From Actinomycetota bacterium (lineage in GTDB: Bacteria > Actinomycetota > AC-67): a stretch of 64,000 nucleotides of DNA. Positions 19,300 through 28,764 of the stretch are shown one piece after another (within the stretch, counting starts at the first letter, position 1; each line of letters starts with the position of its first letter). The DNA is taken from contig JAIVGO010000105.1 of the NCBI GenBank assembly GCA_020201525.1, forward strand, positions 57 to 64,056. Direction: 5' to 3'. The notes beneath the pieces are model-generated. The model saw only the letters and a program-made list of their open reading frames with translations. It was not told where the DNA came from and ran no database searches. A program made the position numbers and the translations under genes.

Positions 19300-19310
19300 C
19301 GCTCCCCTCC

Positions 19311-20873
19311 TCAGATTGATTGCGCTCGTTCGCGCAGCTCGTACTTGAGCACCTTACCGCTTGCGTTCACCGGCAGGGCGTCCACGATCACGACGCGCCG
19401 CGGCACTTTGTAATTGGCCATCTGCTCGCGCGCCCACGCAATGACTTCGGATGCATCGATCGCCTGGCCCGCACGCGGCACCACGAACGCGACACCGACC
19501 TCGCCGAGCCGATCGTCCGGCACACCTACGACGGCCGCCGCTGCAACACGTGGATGACGCAGCAACTCGTTCTCTATCTCCGCCGGATAGGCGTTGAAGC
19601 CGCCGACGATGAACATGTCCTTCTTTCGATCGGTGATCCGGAGATAGCCGCGATGGTCCATCACGCCGATGTCGCCGGTGTGCAACCACCCGCCGGCGTC
19701 GATCACTTCCGCGGTTTGTGCTGGATCTTCGAAATAGCCGCGCATCACGTTGTAGCCGCGAATGACGACCTCGCCGGGATCTCCTCGCGGCACCTCGGCG
19801 CCGGCATCGTCGACGACGCGAACCTCCGTATCCGGGATGGCGCATCCCGACGTGTTCGCAATGGTTTCCTCGTCGTCATTCGGGCGGCACATCGTCGCGG
19901 TGCCTGTGGACTCCGTTAGGCCGTACGCGGTGAGAATCGTCTCGAAGGTCAAGTCTTTCCGCATCTGCTTGATGAGCTCGACCGGCACCACTGCTGCACC
20001 CGTTACGGCCACACGCAAAGACGAAAGGTCGTATGCCGTCCGGTCCGGGTGATTGAGGATCGACTGATACAGCGTCGGCGGGCCCGGCAGGAACGTCACT
20101 CGCTCCTCGGAGATCCGTTGCAAGACCGACGGAACATCGAAGACCGGGTGCGGGATTGTGACCGCGCCACGCATGATCGCCGAGAGGAATCCCGCCTTGT
20201 AGCCGAACGTGTGGAAGAACGGGTTGACGACGAGATAGCGATCGCCTTCGCGGAGCCCGACGATGCGGGACCACACCTCGAACACACGTAACGTCTGCCC
20301 GTGCGTCGTCATGACGCCTTTCGGATGACCAGTCGTGCCCGACGTAAAGATGATGTCGGATAGGTCGTCCGCGCCGACTTCTCGCACTTGGTCAACGGCA
20401 GTCGATAGAAATTCCTTCCACCCGATCGTGCCGTCCGGTTCGTCACCGCGGAGCACAACGATCTTTTCCAACGAGGGAATCGGCCCGACGTCGCGCAGCA
20501 AATGCACATAGTCGGTGTTGAGAAAGCCTGTGACGGTGAACAAGAGCTTTGCACGGCTCTTTTCGAGCACGTAAGCGGCTTCACGTCCCTTGAAGCGAGT
20601 ATTGATCGGTACCACAACACCGCCCGCCGACAGGGCCCCGAGCGCCGCAACGATCCACTCCTGCATGTTCGGGGCCCAGATCGCAACACGGTCGCCGGGA
20701 TCGATTCCCCCGGCGATACACGCGCGCGATGCTTCGCGCACAGCCTGGTACAGGTCGGTGAACGTCAAGCGCACGTCACCGTCCACAACGGCCTCGTTCG
20801 ACCCGAATCGCTCGGCGGACGTGTGTATCACACCGGGGATGCTTCCCCACAACAAGTCTCCGCGCGTCTCCAC
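19311..20873 (-). CDS. AMP-dependent acyl-CoA synthetase
   Basis: FTSGTTGHPKG motif. 520 aa. Confidence 0.9.
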   Translation of the reverse strand: METRGDLLWGSIPGVIHTSAERFGSNEAVVDGDVRLTFTDLYQAVREASRACIAGGIDPGDRVAIWAPNMQEWIVAALGALSAGGVVVPINTRFKGREAAYVLEKSRAKLLFTVTGFLNTDYVHLLRDVGPIPSLEKIVVLRGDEPDGTIGWKEFLSTAVDQVREVGADDLSDIIFTSGTTGHPKGVMTTHGQTLRVFEVWSRIVGLREGDRYLVVNPFFHTFGYKAGFLSAIMRGAVTIPHPVFDVPSVLQRISEERVTFLPGPPTLYQSILNHPDRTAYDLSSLRVAVTGAAVVPVELIKQMRKDLTFETILTAYGLTESTGTATMCRPNDDEETIANTSGCAIPDTEVRVVDDAGAEVPRGDPGEVVIRGYNVMRGYFEDPAQTAEVIDAGGWLHTGDIGVMDHRGYLRITDRKKDMFIVGGFNAYPAEIENELLRHPRVAAAAVVGVPDDRLGEVGVAFVVPRAGQAIDASEVIAWAREQMANYKVPRRVVIVDALPVNASGKVLKYELRERAQSI

Positions 20874-20882
20874 TTGCGAGCC

Positions 20883-21725
20883 CTAGCGGAACGCCGCCAC
20901 GGTCTTCGCGTAGTCGTCGAGCACCGGGAGGATTTCGTCCACGTAGCCTCCCGTGATTCCGACGACAACCTCTGTGACGCCGACCGATTGGAAGTACTCG
21001 AGTTTCTTCGGATCGGGAATGCTCCCGCACGGAACGATTTCGATGTTCGAGGGGTCGCGCCCGGCTTTCTCGAACGCCGCGCGAAGCTCCGGCAGCGCGG
21101 CCGCGACACCGCGCGCGCCGATGGGAATCCACCCATCGGCGTACTCCGCAATGTGGGCGAAGAGCTTCGGTCCCGCGCCGCCGCCGATCAGCACCGGCGG
21201 TCGCGGCTGCTGCACGGGCTTCGGCCACGCCCAGCTCGGCTCGAATCGAACGAACTCACCGTCGAACGACGCCTCGTTTTGCGTCCACAGCGCCTCCATT
21301 GCGAGCATGCATTCCCGCGTGATCTCGCGACGCTGCCGGAAATCAACGCCGTGATCGGTCATTTCCTCGACGTTCCAGCCAAACCCGATACCGAACACGA
21401 AACGCCCGCCCGACACGTGATCGAGCGAAGCCACTTCCTTCGCCGTGACGATCGGATCACGTTCCGCGACGAGGCAGATGCCCGTCCCGAGCCGGATCTT
21501 GGTCGTCGCACATGCCGCGACGGTCAGAGCGACAAAAGGATCCATCGTTCTCCGGTACTGCTCGGGAAGCGGCTCCCCCATCGGCGCCGGTGTCGTGCGG
21601 CTGATCGGAATGTGCGTGTGCTCGGGGAAAAAGATCGAGTCGAAGCCACGATCCTCTGCTTCACGAGCGAGCTCGCCCGGACCCATGGTCGTGTCGGTCA
21701 CGAACATCGTTATGCCGAACCGCAT
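20883..21725 (-). CDS. LLM-class F420-dependent oxidoreductase (TIGR03619-like)
   Basis: 280-aa luciferase-like fold (MRFGITMFVTD...GGRFVFGIGFGW). Confidence 0.8.
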   Translation of the reverse strand: MRFGITMFVTDTTMGPGELAREAEDRGFDSIFFPEHTHIPISRTTPAPMGEPLPEQYRRTMDPFVALTVAACATTKIRLGTGICLVAERDPIVTAKEVASLDHVSGGRFVFGIGFGWNVEEMTDHGVDFRQRREITRECMLAMEALWTQNEASFDGEFVRFEPSWAWPKPVQQPRPPVLIGGGAGPKLFAHIAEYADGWIPIGARGVAAALPELRAAFEKAGRDPSNIEIVPCGSIPDPKKLEYFQSVGVTEVVVGITGGYVDEILPVLDDYAKTVAAFR

Positions 21726-21733
21726 ATGTCCCC

Positions 21734-22147
21734 CTAACGATCGTGGCGCGTCGCCACCAGCAATGCCGACGCAACGACGAGCGTGACGACGATACCGCCC
21801 ATCAGTCCGGCAGCGTCACCCGCCGGCAACAGCGACAGCTTGAAGGATACGAAATAGGCGTGGAGTACCAAGAAAGCAACTTGGCCAATGAGTGCCGCAC
21901 GGATCGCGCCCGAGTCCATCACCAGCGACGCATACGACAACGCAGCGGAAAGCGCGACGTACATCGCCCCAAAATCGCGCACGAGCTCGTCGTTGTACGG
22001 ACCGAGTGGCCGCAGCCAATGCCGGCCGAATCCGGGGAACGACGACCAAAACGCGTGCGGCGATGCCAGCGCCCATAGCCCGGTCGCCCCTTGCGACACA
22101 GCAAGAGCGAGCAGCCCTCCGCGAACCCACGTGGCGCGGGACGTCAT
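21734..22147 (-). CDS. Hypothetical integral membrane protein (137 aa, about 4 TM segments)
   Basis: Hydrophobic segments. ATGA overlap with the upstream ACAD stop. Confidence 0.6.
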   Translation of the reverse strand: MTSRATWVRGGLLALAVSQGATGLWALASPHAFWSSFPGFGRHWLRPLGPYNDELVRDFGAMYVALSAALSYASLVMDSGAIRAALIGQVAFLVLHAYFVSFKLSLLPAGDAAGLMGGIVVTLVVASALLVATRHDR

Positions 22148-23325
22148 CCCGCCGTCCGTGTCTGGCTGAACGGCAAGCCCTTATCGGGACGAGCCTCCCG
22201 CGGCAACCCCAAAACGCGCTCCGCGATAACGTTGCGCTGAATCTCGTCGGTGCCGCCGCCGATGTGGAGCGACCGTTCCCACAAGAAGTGTTGCTGAGGG
22301 CCCTCGCCGGCGAGTGCTCCGTCCGGTCCGAGCAGATGCACGCCGAGCAACGCGGCGTCTGAAGACAGATTCGCTATGGCGAGCTTTAAGATCGACCCTT
22401 CCGCTGTCGGGATCTCGCCTCTTCGAAGCTTCGACAAAATGCGTTTGTTCAGGAAGTCGAGAATCCGTTCTTGGGTATAGACGCGCGCCAGGTTGTCGCG
22501 CACGACGGGGTCGAGTGCGTACCGAGAGCGCGCGATCTCCGCCAGTTTCACGAACGGAAATGTGTACCCACCCGTCGAGGTGCCGATCGACATCCGTTCG
22601 TGCATCAGTGTGGTCGTGGCCACGCGCCATCCGTCACCCGGTTCGCCGATACGATTCGCGTCGGGCACTCGCACGTCGGATAAAAACACTTCGCTGAAGT
22701 GCGCATCTCCGTCGATTTGGCGAAGCGGACGCACCTCGACGCCGGGAGTGTGCATGTCGACGATGAAATACGCGAGCCCTTCGTGCTTCGGCTTGTCTGG
22801 ATCAAACCGCGCCAGAAGGATCCCGTAATCGGCCTCATCGGCTTGCGAGCTCCACACCTTCTGACCGTTGACGATCCACTCGTCGCCGTCCCGGAATGCG
22901 CGCGTCGCGAGCGACGCGAGGTCGGAGCCGGCGCCCGGCTCGGAAAAAAGTTGGCACCAGATCTCGTTGCCGTTGAGCATCGCGCGAATGTGTCGCTGCT
23001 TCTGCTCCTCGGTGCCGTGCGCGATGATCGTCGGTCCGGCCATCCCGAAGCCGACCATGTTGAAAACGATGTTCGCACCCACACGCGCCTTTTCTTCCGC
23101 CCAAATTGCCGACTCGACCGGCCCGTACCCGCGCCCGCCGTACTCAACCGGCCAGTGCGGCGCCCCATAGTCACCGGCAGCCAGCGCACGATGCCACGAC
23201 CGCGCCTGCTCTGTCGTATAAGGCGGGTCGCCGTTTTCCGATCGCCACACCGGGAAGCTCTCTTCGAGCCACGCGCGCGCCTCCGCTCGAACGCGCGCCT
23301 CTTCAGCGGAATCGTTGAAGTCCAT
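22144..23325 (-). CDS. Acyl-CoA dehydrogenase; start re-set to MDFNDSAEEARVRAEARAWL
   Basis: ACAD N-terminal consensus at the internal Met. That ATG overlaps the stop of the upstream thiolase (TAATG). The tool's 114-aa extension is junk. Confidence 0.9.
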   Translation of the reverse strand: MDFNDSAEEARVRAEARAWLEESFPVWRSENGDPPYTTEQARSWHRALAAGDYGAPHWPVEYGGRGYGPVESAIWAEEKARVGANIVFNMVGFGMAGPTIIAHGTEEQKQRHIRAMLNGNEIWCQLFSEPGAGSDLASLATRAFRDGDEWIVNGQKVWSSQADEADYGILLARFDPDKPKHEGLAYFIVDMHTPGVEVRPLRQIDGDAHFSEVFLSDVRVPDANRIGEPGDGWRVATTTLMHERMSIGTSTGGYTFPFVKLAEIARSRYALDPVVRDNLARVYTQERILDFLNKRILSKLRRGEIPTAEGSILKLAIANLSSDAALLGVHLLGPDGALAGEGPQQHFLWERSLHIGGGTDEIQRNVIAERVLGLPREARPDKGLPFSQTRTAG

Positions 23326-24491
23326 TACGGTTTTCCGACAATGAGACCGCTCGTCGGCACGCCAGTGCCGGCCGTCACGAGTACGTTCTGGACGCTGTCG
23401 ACCTGATTCACCGCGGTGCCGCGCACTTGCCGAACCGCTTCGGTTATTCCGTTCATCCCGTGCACGTAGCCCTCGCCGAGCTGCCCTCCGTTCGTGTTGA
23501 CGGGCAACCGGCCGCCGATCTCGATGGCACCGTCGCGAACGAAGTGACGGCCCTCGCCGCGGCCGCAAAAGCCGAACTCTTCGAGCTGCGTCAGTACGAA
23601 CGGCGTGAAGTGATCGTAGATAACGGCGGTTTGGATGTCGTCCGGTCCCAGACCCGATTGGTCCCACATGCGACGCGCTACCAGACCCATCTCCGGCAAG
23701 CCGCTGATGTCGTCGCGGTAGTAGCTCGTCATGCCCTCTTGATCGTCGGCCGAGCCTTGCGCCGCGCCCTTGATCACCGCCGGCGGCTGCTTCAAGTCAC
23801 GGGCGCGCTCCACCGACGTGACGATGACGGCCACAGCGCCGTCCGTTTCCTGACAGCAATCGAGCAGATGCAAAGGCTCGACGATCCACCGCGACGCTTG
23901 ATGCTCGTCGAGCGTGATCGGCTGTTCGTAGAACCAGGCATGTGGATTCGTCGCCGCGTGCTTACGATCCGCGACCGCGACCAAGCCGAAGTCTTCACTC
24001 GTCGCGCCGAATTCGTGCATGTAACGGCGCGCCGCCATCGCCACCCAGCTCGCCGGCGTCACGAGCCCGAACGGCGTGTACCAGCTGTAATGAACGAGCT
24101 CCTGTGTCGGTCCGGCGGGCCGCGTATGAACACCCGAGCCGAACCGCCGCCACGAACGGCCGTTCAACGCGCGGTAGCACACCACGACATTCGCTTCGCC
24201 GGTCGCGACCGCCATCGCGGCCTGCTGAACGACGGCGCACGCAGCGCCGCCCCCGTAGTGGACCCGGCTGAAGAACGTCAAGTCGCCCATGCCGAGGTTC
24301 CGGGCAATCTCGATCTCTTCGGTCGTGTCCATCGTGAACGTGACCATGCCGTCGACTTCTTCCGGAGCAATGCCGGCATCGTCGAGTGCGGCCTTCACTG
24401 ATTCAACCGCCATGCGCAGCTCGGTGCGGCCGGAATCCTTCGAGAATTCCGTGGCGCCGATGCCGGCGATCGCCGCGCGGCCGGAAATCAC
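23325..24491 (-). CDS. SCP-x/Ltp2-type thiolase-fold protein; GTG start (MISGRAAIAGIGATEF) overlapping the hotdog stop (GTGA)
   Basis: Thiolase-like sequence from VVVISGRAAIAGIG onward. The tool's single 590-aa ORF fuses it to upstream hotdog sequence only because the frame has no stop. Confidence 0.85.
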   Translation of the reverse strand: MISGRAAIAGIGATEFSKDSGRTELRMAVESVKAALDDAGIAPEEVDGMVTFTMDTTEEIEIARNLGMGDLTFFSRVHYGGGAACAVVQQAAMAVATGEANVVVCYRALNGRSWRRFGSGVHTRPAGPTQELVHYSWYTPFGLVTPASWVAMAARRYMHEFGATSEDFGLVAVADRKHAATNPHAWFYEQPITLDEHQASRWIVEPLHLLDCCQETDGAVAVIVTSVERARDLKQPPAVIKGAAQGSADDQEGMTSYYRDDISGLPEMGLVARRMWDQSGLGPDDIQTAVIYDHFTPFVLTQLEEFGFCGRGEGRHFVRDGAIEIGGRLPVNTNGGQLGEGYVHGMNGITEAVRQVRGTAVNQVDSVQNVLVTAGTGVPTSGLIVGKP

Positions 24492-24821
24492 GACGACCCT
24501 CGAGGCAGCGTGAGCGTTATGGTCCCGGTCACGTGGTCGCCGAGAGAATTCGCGCCGCGAATCGCAATTTCGACGCGTCCGCTCGCGTCCTTCGACGTCA
24601 CAGTACCGGTCTCGTCCGACGAAGCCGTTGGTTGTGAGGATGTTCATGAAGATGTCCTTCGAGCCGCTTCGCTGTGCGATGTCCTTGTCATGGTGCACGT
24701 CTTGGAAATCTCGCGATGCGAGCGCACCCGCGACGATCAACGTAGGCGTTATAGGGACATCGAGCGGCGGCAACTCGTCGCCGACGGATACCTGGTCCGC
24801 ACGCAACGTCTTCAGTCGCAC
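24488..24821 (-). pseudogene. MaoC-like (R)-hydratase hotdog gene (ChsH1-like small subunit, carrying the D/H hydratase-2 motif) disrupted by an apparent frameshift near 24600-24646
   Basis: The N-terminal part (VRLKTLRADQVSVGDELPPLDVPITPTLIVAGALASRDFQDVHHD...DIFMNILTTNGFVG) reads in one frame. The conserved C-terminus (SKDASGRVEIAIRGANSLGDHVTGTITLTLPRGSS*) reads in the +1 frame and ends with a TGA overlapping the thiolase GTG. Confidence 0.55.
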
Positions 24822-25873
24822 GTCGCCATCACGTCCCCAAGCTTCTCCAACTGCGCGGCTGCCCCGCCGAGCGTCAATTCGATTTGCTTTGCCCAGAGCG
24901 TGTACCGGTGCAGTGGATACGACACATCGACACCGATGCCACCGTGCAAGTGCATCGCGGCCGACAACACTCGCTGTCCTGCCTCGGACGCCCAGAATTT
25001 CGCGATGAGGACCTCCTCCGTTGCTTCGAATCCTTCGGAGACGCGCCAGGCTGCCTGCCACATCGTCCACCGCATCGCTTCGACGTCGATGTAGCAATCA
25101 GCCACACGTTGCTGTACGGCCTGAAAGCTTCCGAGCGGGCGTCCGAACTGCTCGCGCGACGACGTGTACTCGGCTGTGAGGCGAAGCGCCTTCTCGGCTA
25201 CGCCGGTCTGCATCGCGCAAAGCCCGAGCAGACCTCGCTCGCGCAGCCAGGCAATCGCAGTCGCCTCGCCGAGCAATTCCGCAGAAACGCCGCCGAACGA
25301 CACGTCGAAACGCAGCTCATGACTCGTGACAACGTTGCGCGCGGTAGAAACGGATGCCACATCGACGAGAAACAGGGCATTCGACGCGACGACAACAATC
25401 GCAGATGCGAGATGCACGGCAGGCACGCCAAACGCAAGCCCGTCAAGCACCCACGCAGCACCGTCGCGTCGTGCCGTTACGGAGGACTCGTCTTCGGGCA
25501 GTGCGCCCGTCAGAATGATCTTTCCTTCAACGACCCCCGGCAAGTACCGCGTCTTTTGCTCCGGGGTACCGAACTGCGAAAGAGGAAGCGCGCCGAGAAC
25601 GAGTGCTTCGAACGCAGGCACCGGTGCTACCGCCCGACCTACTTCCTCGAGCAACAAGCACAGCTCGATGATCCCATGGCCACTGCCGCCGAATTCCTCC
25701 GAGACTGCGATGCCGAGAAGGTTCGCCCGTGCAAGCTCTTCCCACAGCGCCCGGTCGAACGCGTCTTCCGTCGCCGCGATCTCCTTGAGCCGGTCGGCCG
25801 TCAGCCGGCCGTCGAAGATCTGTCGCGCCAGCCCGCGAACGGCGTCTTGCTCTTCGGTCAGGGCAAGATTCAT
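24812..25873 (-). CDS. Acyl-CoA dehydrogenase, small (beta-type, 353 aa) subunit
   Basis: ACAD fold (...GSFQAVQQ...). ATGA overlap with the upstream ChsH2-like gene. Probably partners the 393-aa ACAD at 26802-27983. Confidence 0.8.
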   Translation of the reverse strand: MNLALTEEQDAVRGLARQIFDGRLTADRLKEIAATEDAFDRALWEELARANLLGIAVSEEFGGSGHGIIELCLLLEEVGRAVAPVPAFEALVLGALPLSQFGTPEQKTRYLPGVVEGKIILTGALPEDESSVTARRDGAAWVLDGLAFGVPAVHLASAIVVVASNALFLVDVASVSTARNVVTSHELRFDVSFGGVSAELLGEATAIAWLRERGLLGLCAMQTGVAEKALRLTAEYTSSREQFGRPLGSFQAVQQRVADCYIDVEAMRWTMWQAAWRVSEGFEATEEVLIAKFWASEAGQRVLSAAMHLHGGIGVDVSYPLHRYTLWAKQIELTLGGAAAQLEKLGDVMATCD

Positions 25874-26805
25874 GATGCCTCCGTCGGGCGAAACAGCGGC
25901 ACCGTCAATGAATCGTCGACCGCTTGAAACGAAACCTGCACCGGCAGCCCGATCGCGACCCCCGACGGCTCGACTCCGATTACGTTCGACACGATCCGAA
26001 CGCCCTCTTCCAGAGCGATAAGCGCAACGACGTAGGGAGTTTCGAATCCCGGAATCGGCGGGTAATGATGCACGACGAAGCTGTACACCTCACCGCGGCC
26101 GCTCGATGTGACGGTGTCCCAGTCCAGCGAACGGCAGGCGCCGCACATCGGTCTCGGGGGGTGGCGTAACGATCCGCAGGACGAACAACGCTGAATCAGC
26201 AGTTTCCCTTGCGCCACGCCGTCCCAGAAAAACTTCGTGTCGTCGTTCATCGACGGATGCGCGCGCACTCCGACAGGGGTGGCGGCGGCGCGTGACGCCG
26301 GGCGGAACTTCAGCATCCGAAATCGCATCATTCCGACGATCTCGCCGTTTTGATCGCGCCACACGGACTCAGTATCGACAAAGTGTCCCGCGCCGAGACC
26401 GGTCTGCTTTTCATTCGACACGCCGGCGATCGACGCTGTGACGGTTACAAGGTCGCCCGGCCGCAAGTACCGCACGTACTCCTGATCGCAATTCGTTGCG
26501 ATCACCGACGTGAACCCTGCATCGTCGAGCTCGGCAAACAACAACGACTGCCCTCCGGTTTCTTCCGGTTTGACACCGAGACGCCGCATCGTCCACGCCT
26601 GCAACATCGTCGGGGGGGCAACGATGCCGTCGTGTACTGATTCAAACGATGGATCCGTGTAAACGGGGTTGGTGTCACCAACGGCGTCGCACCAGTGCTG
26701 GATCATCGCTTCGTTGACCGGCCACGGCGCCGTGCGCGGCGATTCGATCTCGCGGCCGACGTAACCGCGAAGACGCTCGATGAAGGTTTGCTCCGCGACG
26801 CTCAT
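25870..26805 (-). CDS. ChsH2-like protein: N-terminal MaoC-type hotdog domain fused to a C-terminal DUF35 (Zn-ribbon + OB-fold) domain; start re-set to MSVAEQTF (311 aa)
   Basis: N-terminus has a GDTNPVYTD hydratase-2-like motif with Tyr in place of His. C-terminus has CSSCGSLRHPPRPMCGAC and an OB fold. The ATG overlaps the upstream ACAD stop (ATGA). Confidence 0.8.
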   Translation of the reverse strand: MSVAEQTFIERLRGYVGREIESPRTAPWPVNEAMIQHWCDAVGDTNPVYTDPSFESVHDGIVAPPTMLQAWTMRRLGVKPEETGGQSLLFAELDDAGFTSVIATNCDQEYVRYLRPGDLVTVTASIAGVSNEKQTGLGAGHFVDTESVWRDQNGEIVGMMRFRMLKFRPASRAAATPVGVRAHPSMNDDTKFFWDGVAQGKLLIQRCSSCGSLRHPPRPMCGACRSLDWDTVTSSGRGEVYSFVVHHYPPIPGFETPYVVALIALEEGVRIVSNVIGVEPSGVAIGLPVQVSFQAVDDSLTVPLFRPTEAS

Positions 26806-27983
26806 CGTTTCGCCCTCGGCATACCCAGCCCGGCGGTGGCGATGATCTCGCGCTGCACCTCGTTGACGCCACCGCCAAACGTCAGCACGGTCGCCCAGCG
26901 CCATGTGTGCTCGAGTCGGCCGCCGATGATCGCGGCAGGGGACTCTTGCCGCACGGTACCGGCTTCGCCGACGACTTCCATCAAATACTTGTACGCCTCG
27001 ATGAAGAGCTCACTGCCGTACACCTTTGCAGCCGACGCGTCGGCCGGGTTAATCGTGCCGCGCGTCATGCCCCACGCCATCTTCCAGTTCAGAAGCTTGA
27101 GAGCTTCGGTTCGCGCGCGGACGCGCGCGAGATTCATCCGCACCCACGGCCGGTCGATAACCCGTTGGCCGTTCGCGCGTCGGGTTTCGCACGCCCATGC
27201 GCGAACGTCGTCGAGCAAACCGTCGAGGCGGCCCGAGCAAGCGAGCGCGACGCGTTCGTGATTGAGCTGCGTCGTGATGAGCCGCCAGCCTTCGTTTTCG
27301 GCCCCAACGAGCGACGACGCCGGCACGCGGACGTCTTCGAAGAACGTCGCGTTCGTGCGACCGTCGTCGAACGTGTCGATCGGCGTCCAGGAGAAGCCGG
27401 GCACCGACGCATCCACGATGAAGATGCTGATGCCCTTGTGCTTTGGAGCGTCTGGGTCGGTGCGAGCCGCCAGCCAAATGAAATCGGCGTCGTGCCCGCC
27501 CGTCGTGAAGATCTTGTGGCCGTTGATGATGTAGGTATCGCCCTCGCGCACCGCACGTGTGCGCAGCGACGCCAAGTCGGTTCCCGCGCTGGGCTCGGTG
27601 TAGCCGATCGCAAAGTGCACTTCGCCGCGCACGATCGCCGGGACGAATCGCTTTTTCTGTTCGTCGCTTCCGTGTTCGAGCAGCGTCGGGCCGACCGTGT
27701 TCAACGTCACGAGGGGAATCGGCGCGATCGCGCGCCGCGCCTCGTCGAAAAAGATGTACTGCTCGATCGGCGTCGCACCGCGACCGCCGTATTCCTCGGG
27801 ATAGCCGAGCCCGAGCCAGCCGTCCGACCCCATTTGCCTCACCAGGCGACGAAACAGCGGACCCTGATGCTCGCCGGCATTGAGGCCGAGCTCGGCGCGC
27901 ACCTCAGGAGAAATCAGATGTGCGAAGTACGCGCGCAACTCATCACGAAGCGCCTTTTGCTCCGGTGAGTAATCGACGTACAT
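26802..27983 (-). CDS. Acyl-CoA dehydrogenase (alpha-type, 393 aa)
   Basis: Canonical ACAD pattern (...FSEPSAGTDLASL...GGGVNEVQREII). Confidence 0.9.
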   Translation of the reverse strand: MYVDYSPEQKALRDELRAYFAHLISPEVRAELGLNAGEHQGPLFRRLVRQMGSDGWLGLGYPEEYGGRGATPIEQYIFFDEARRAIAPIPLVTLNTVGPTLLEHGSDEQKKRFVPAIVRGEVHFAIGYTEPSAGTDLASLRTRAVREGDTYIINGHKIFTTGGHDADFIWLAARTDPDAPKHKGISIFIVDASVPGFSWTPIDTFDDGRTNATFFEDVRVPASSLVGAENEGWRLITTQLNHERVALACSGRLDGLLDDVRAWACETRRANGQRVIDRPWVRMNLARVRARTEALKLLNWKMAWGMTRGTINPADASAAKVYGSELFIEAYKYLMEVVGEAGTVRQESPAAIIGGRLEHTWRWATVLTFGGGVNEVQREIIATAGLGMPRAKR

Positions 27984-27989
27984 ACCGGC

Positions 27990-28763
27990 CTATCTTGGGC
28001 GCGGAATCGGCCCGCCCCACCCGATGAACGACGTTGCGCCGCCATCAACGATGAACTCGGCGCCGGTGCAGTACGAGCTTTCATCCGACGCGAGAAACAA
28101 TGCCATCTGCGCGATGTCGAGCGGCTTGCCGGCGCGCCGCAATGGAACCGCGCCGAATAACGCATCCAAATCGACGTCCTGAAGACCTTGTGCTCGCAGC
28201 ATGGGCGTGTCGATCGTGCCCGGATGAATCGAGTTCACTCGAACTCCGTGCTTACCGAATTCGGACGCCGCTACCTTCGTCATGCCACGCACCGCAAACT
28301 TCGACGCAGTGTAAGCGGCCAATCCTGCGCTGCCACGCAACCCTTCGACGGATGAAATGTTGATGATCGAACCACCCTGCTTTTTCAGCAGTGGATAGAC
28401 GGCCCGCATCCCCAGAAACACACCTACCTGATTGACGTTGATCACGTCCATGTACTCCTGCAGCGTCGATTGAACGATCTTTCCGAATCGCAGAATCCCC
28501 GCGTTGTTCATCAAGACGTGCAGGCCGCCAAACCTCGAGTGCGCTTCCTCGACGGCCGACGACCAATCGGCCTCATTCGTCACGTCGGTGTGCACATATG
28601 CTGCCGCGTCGCCGAGTTCCTTTGCCGTTGCGATGCCGTCCGCGTCGAGCACGTCTGCCACCACGACCTGTGCGCCTTCCGCCACGAACAAGCGAGCGGT
28701 TTCCGCGCCGCTGCCCCGGGCGCCGCCCGTGATCAGCGCAACTTTTCCGTCGAGTCGGCCCAT
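27990..28763 (-). CDS. SDR-family dehydrogenase (3-hydroxyacyl-CoA / hydroxysteroid-dehydrogenase-like); start re-set to MGRLDGKVALITGG
   Basis: TGGARGSG motif and YTASKFAV (YxxxK). 257 aa. Confidence 0.85.
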   Translation of the reverse strand: MGRLDGKVALITGGARGSGAETARLFVAEGAQVVVADVLDADGIATAKELGDAAAYVHTDVTNEADWSSAVEEAHSRFGGLHVLMNNAGILRFGKIVQSTLQEYMDVINVNQVGVFLGMRAVYPLLKKQGGSIINISSVEGLRGSAGLAAYTASKFAVRGMTKVAASEFGKHGVRVNSIHPGTIDTPMLRAQGLQDVDLDALFGAVPLRRAGKPLDIAQMALFLASDESSYCTGAEFIVDGGATSFIGWGGPIPRPR

Positions 28764-28764
28764 G

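Noticed and set aside
19300-19320. CTGAGGAGGGG shared between the small-ORF RBS here and the WS/DGAT RBS at 4641-4658
   Set aside because: Explained by a stop codon (TGA) plus a consensus Shine-Dalgarno (GGAGG). Too short to call a repeat element.
23325-25097. Single 590-aa ORF from the track, apparently a MaoC-hotdog / thiolase fusion
   Set aside because: The first 95 codons overlap the upstream ACAD in another frame. The hotdog C-terminus is in a different frame and stops with a TGA overlapping a GTG at 24491. The linking segment is low-complexity Arg/Asp. Best explained as two genes plus a frameshift, not a fusion.
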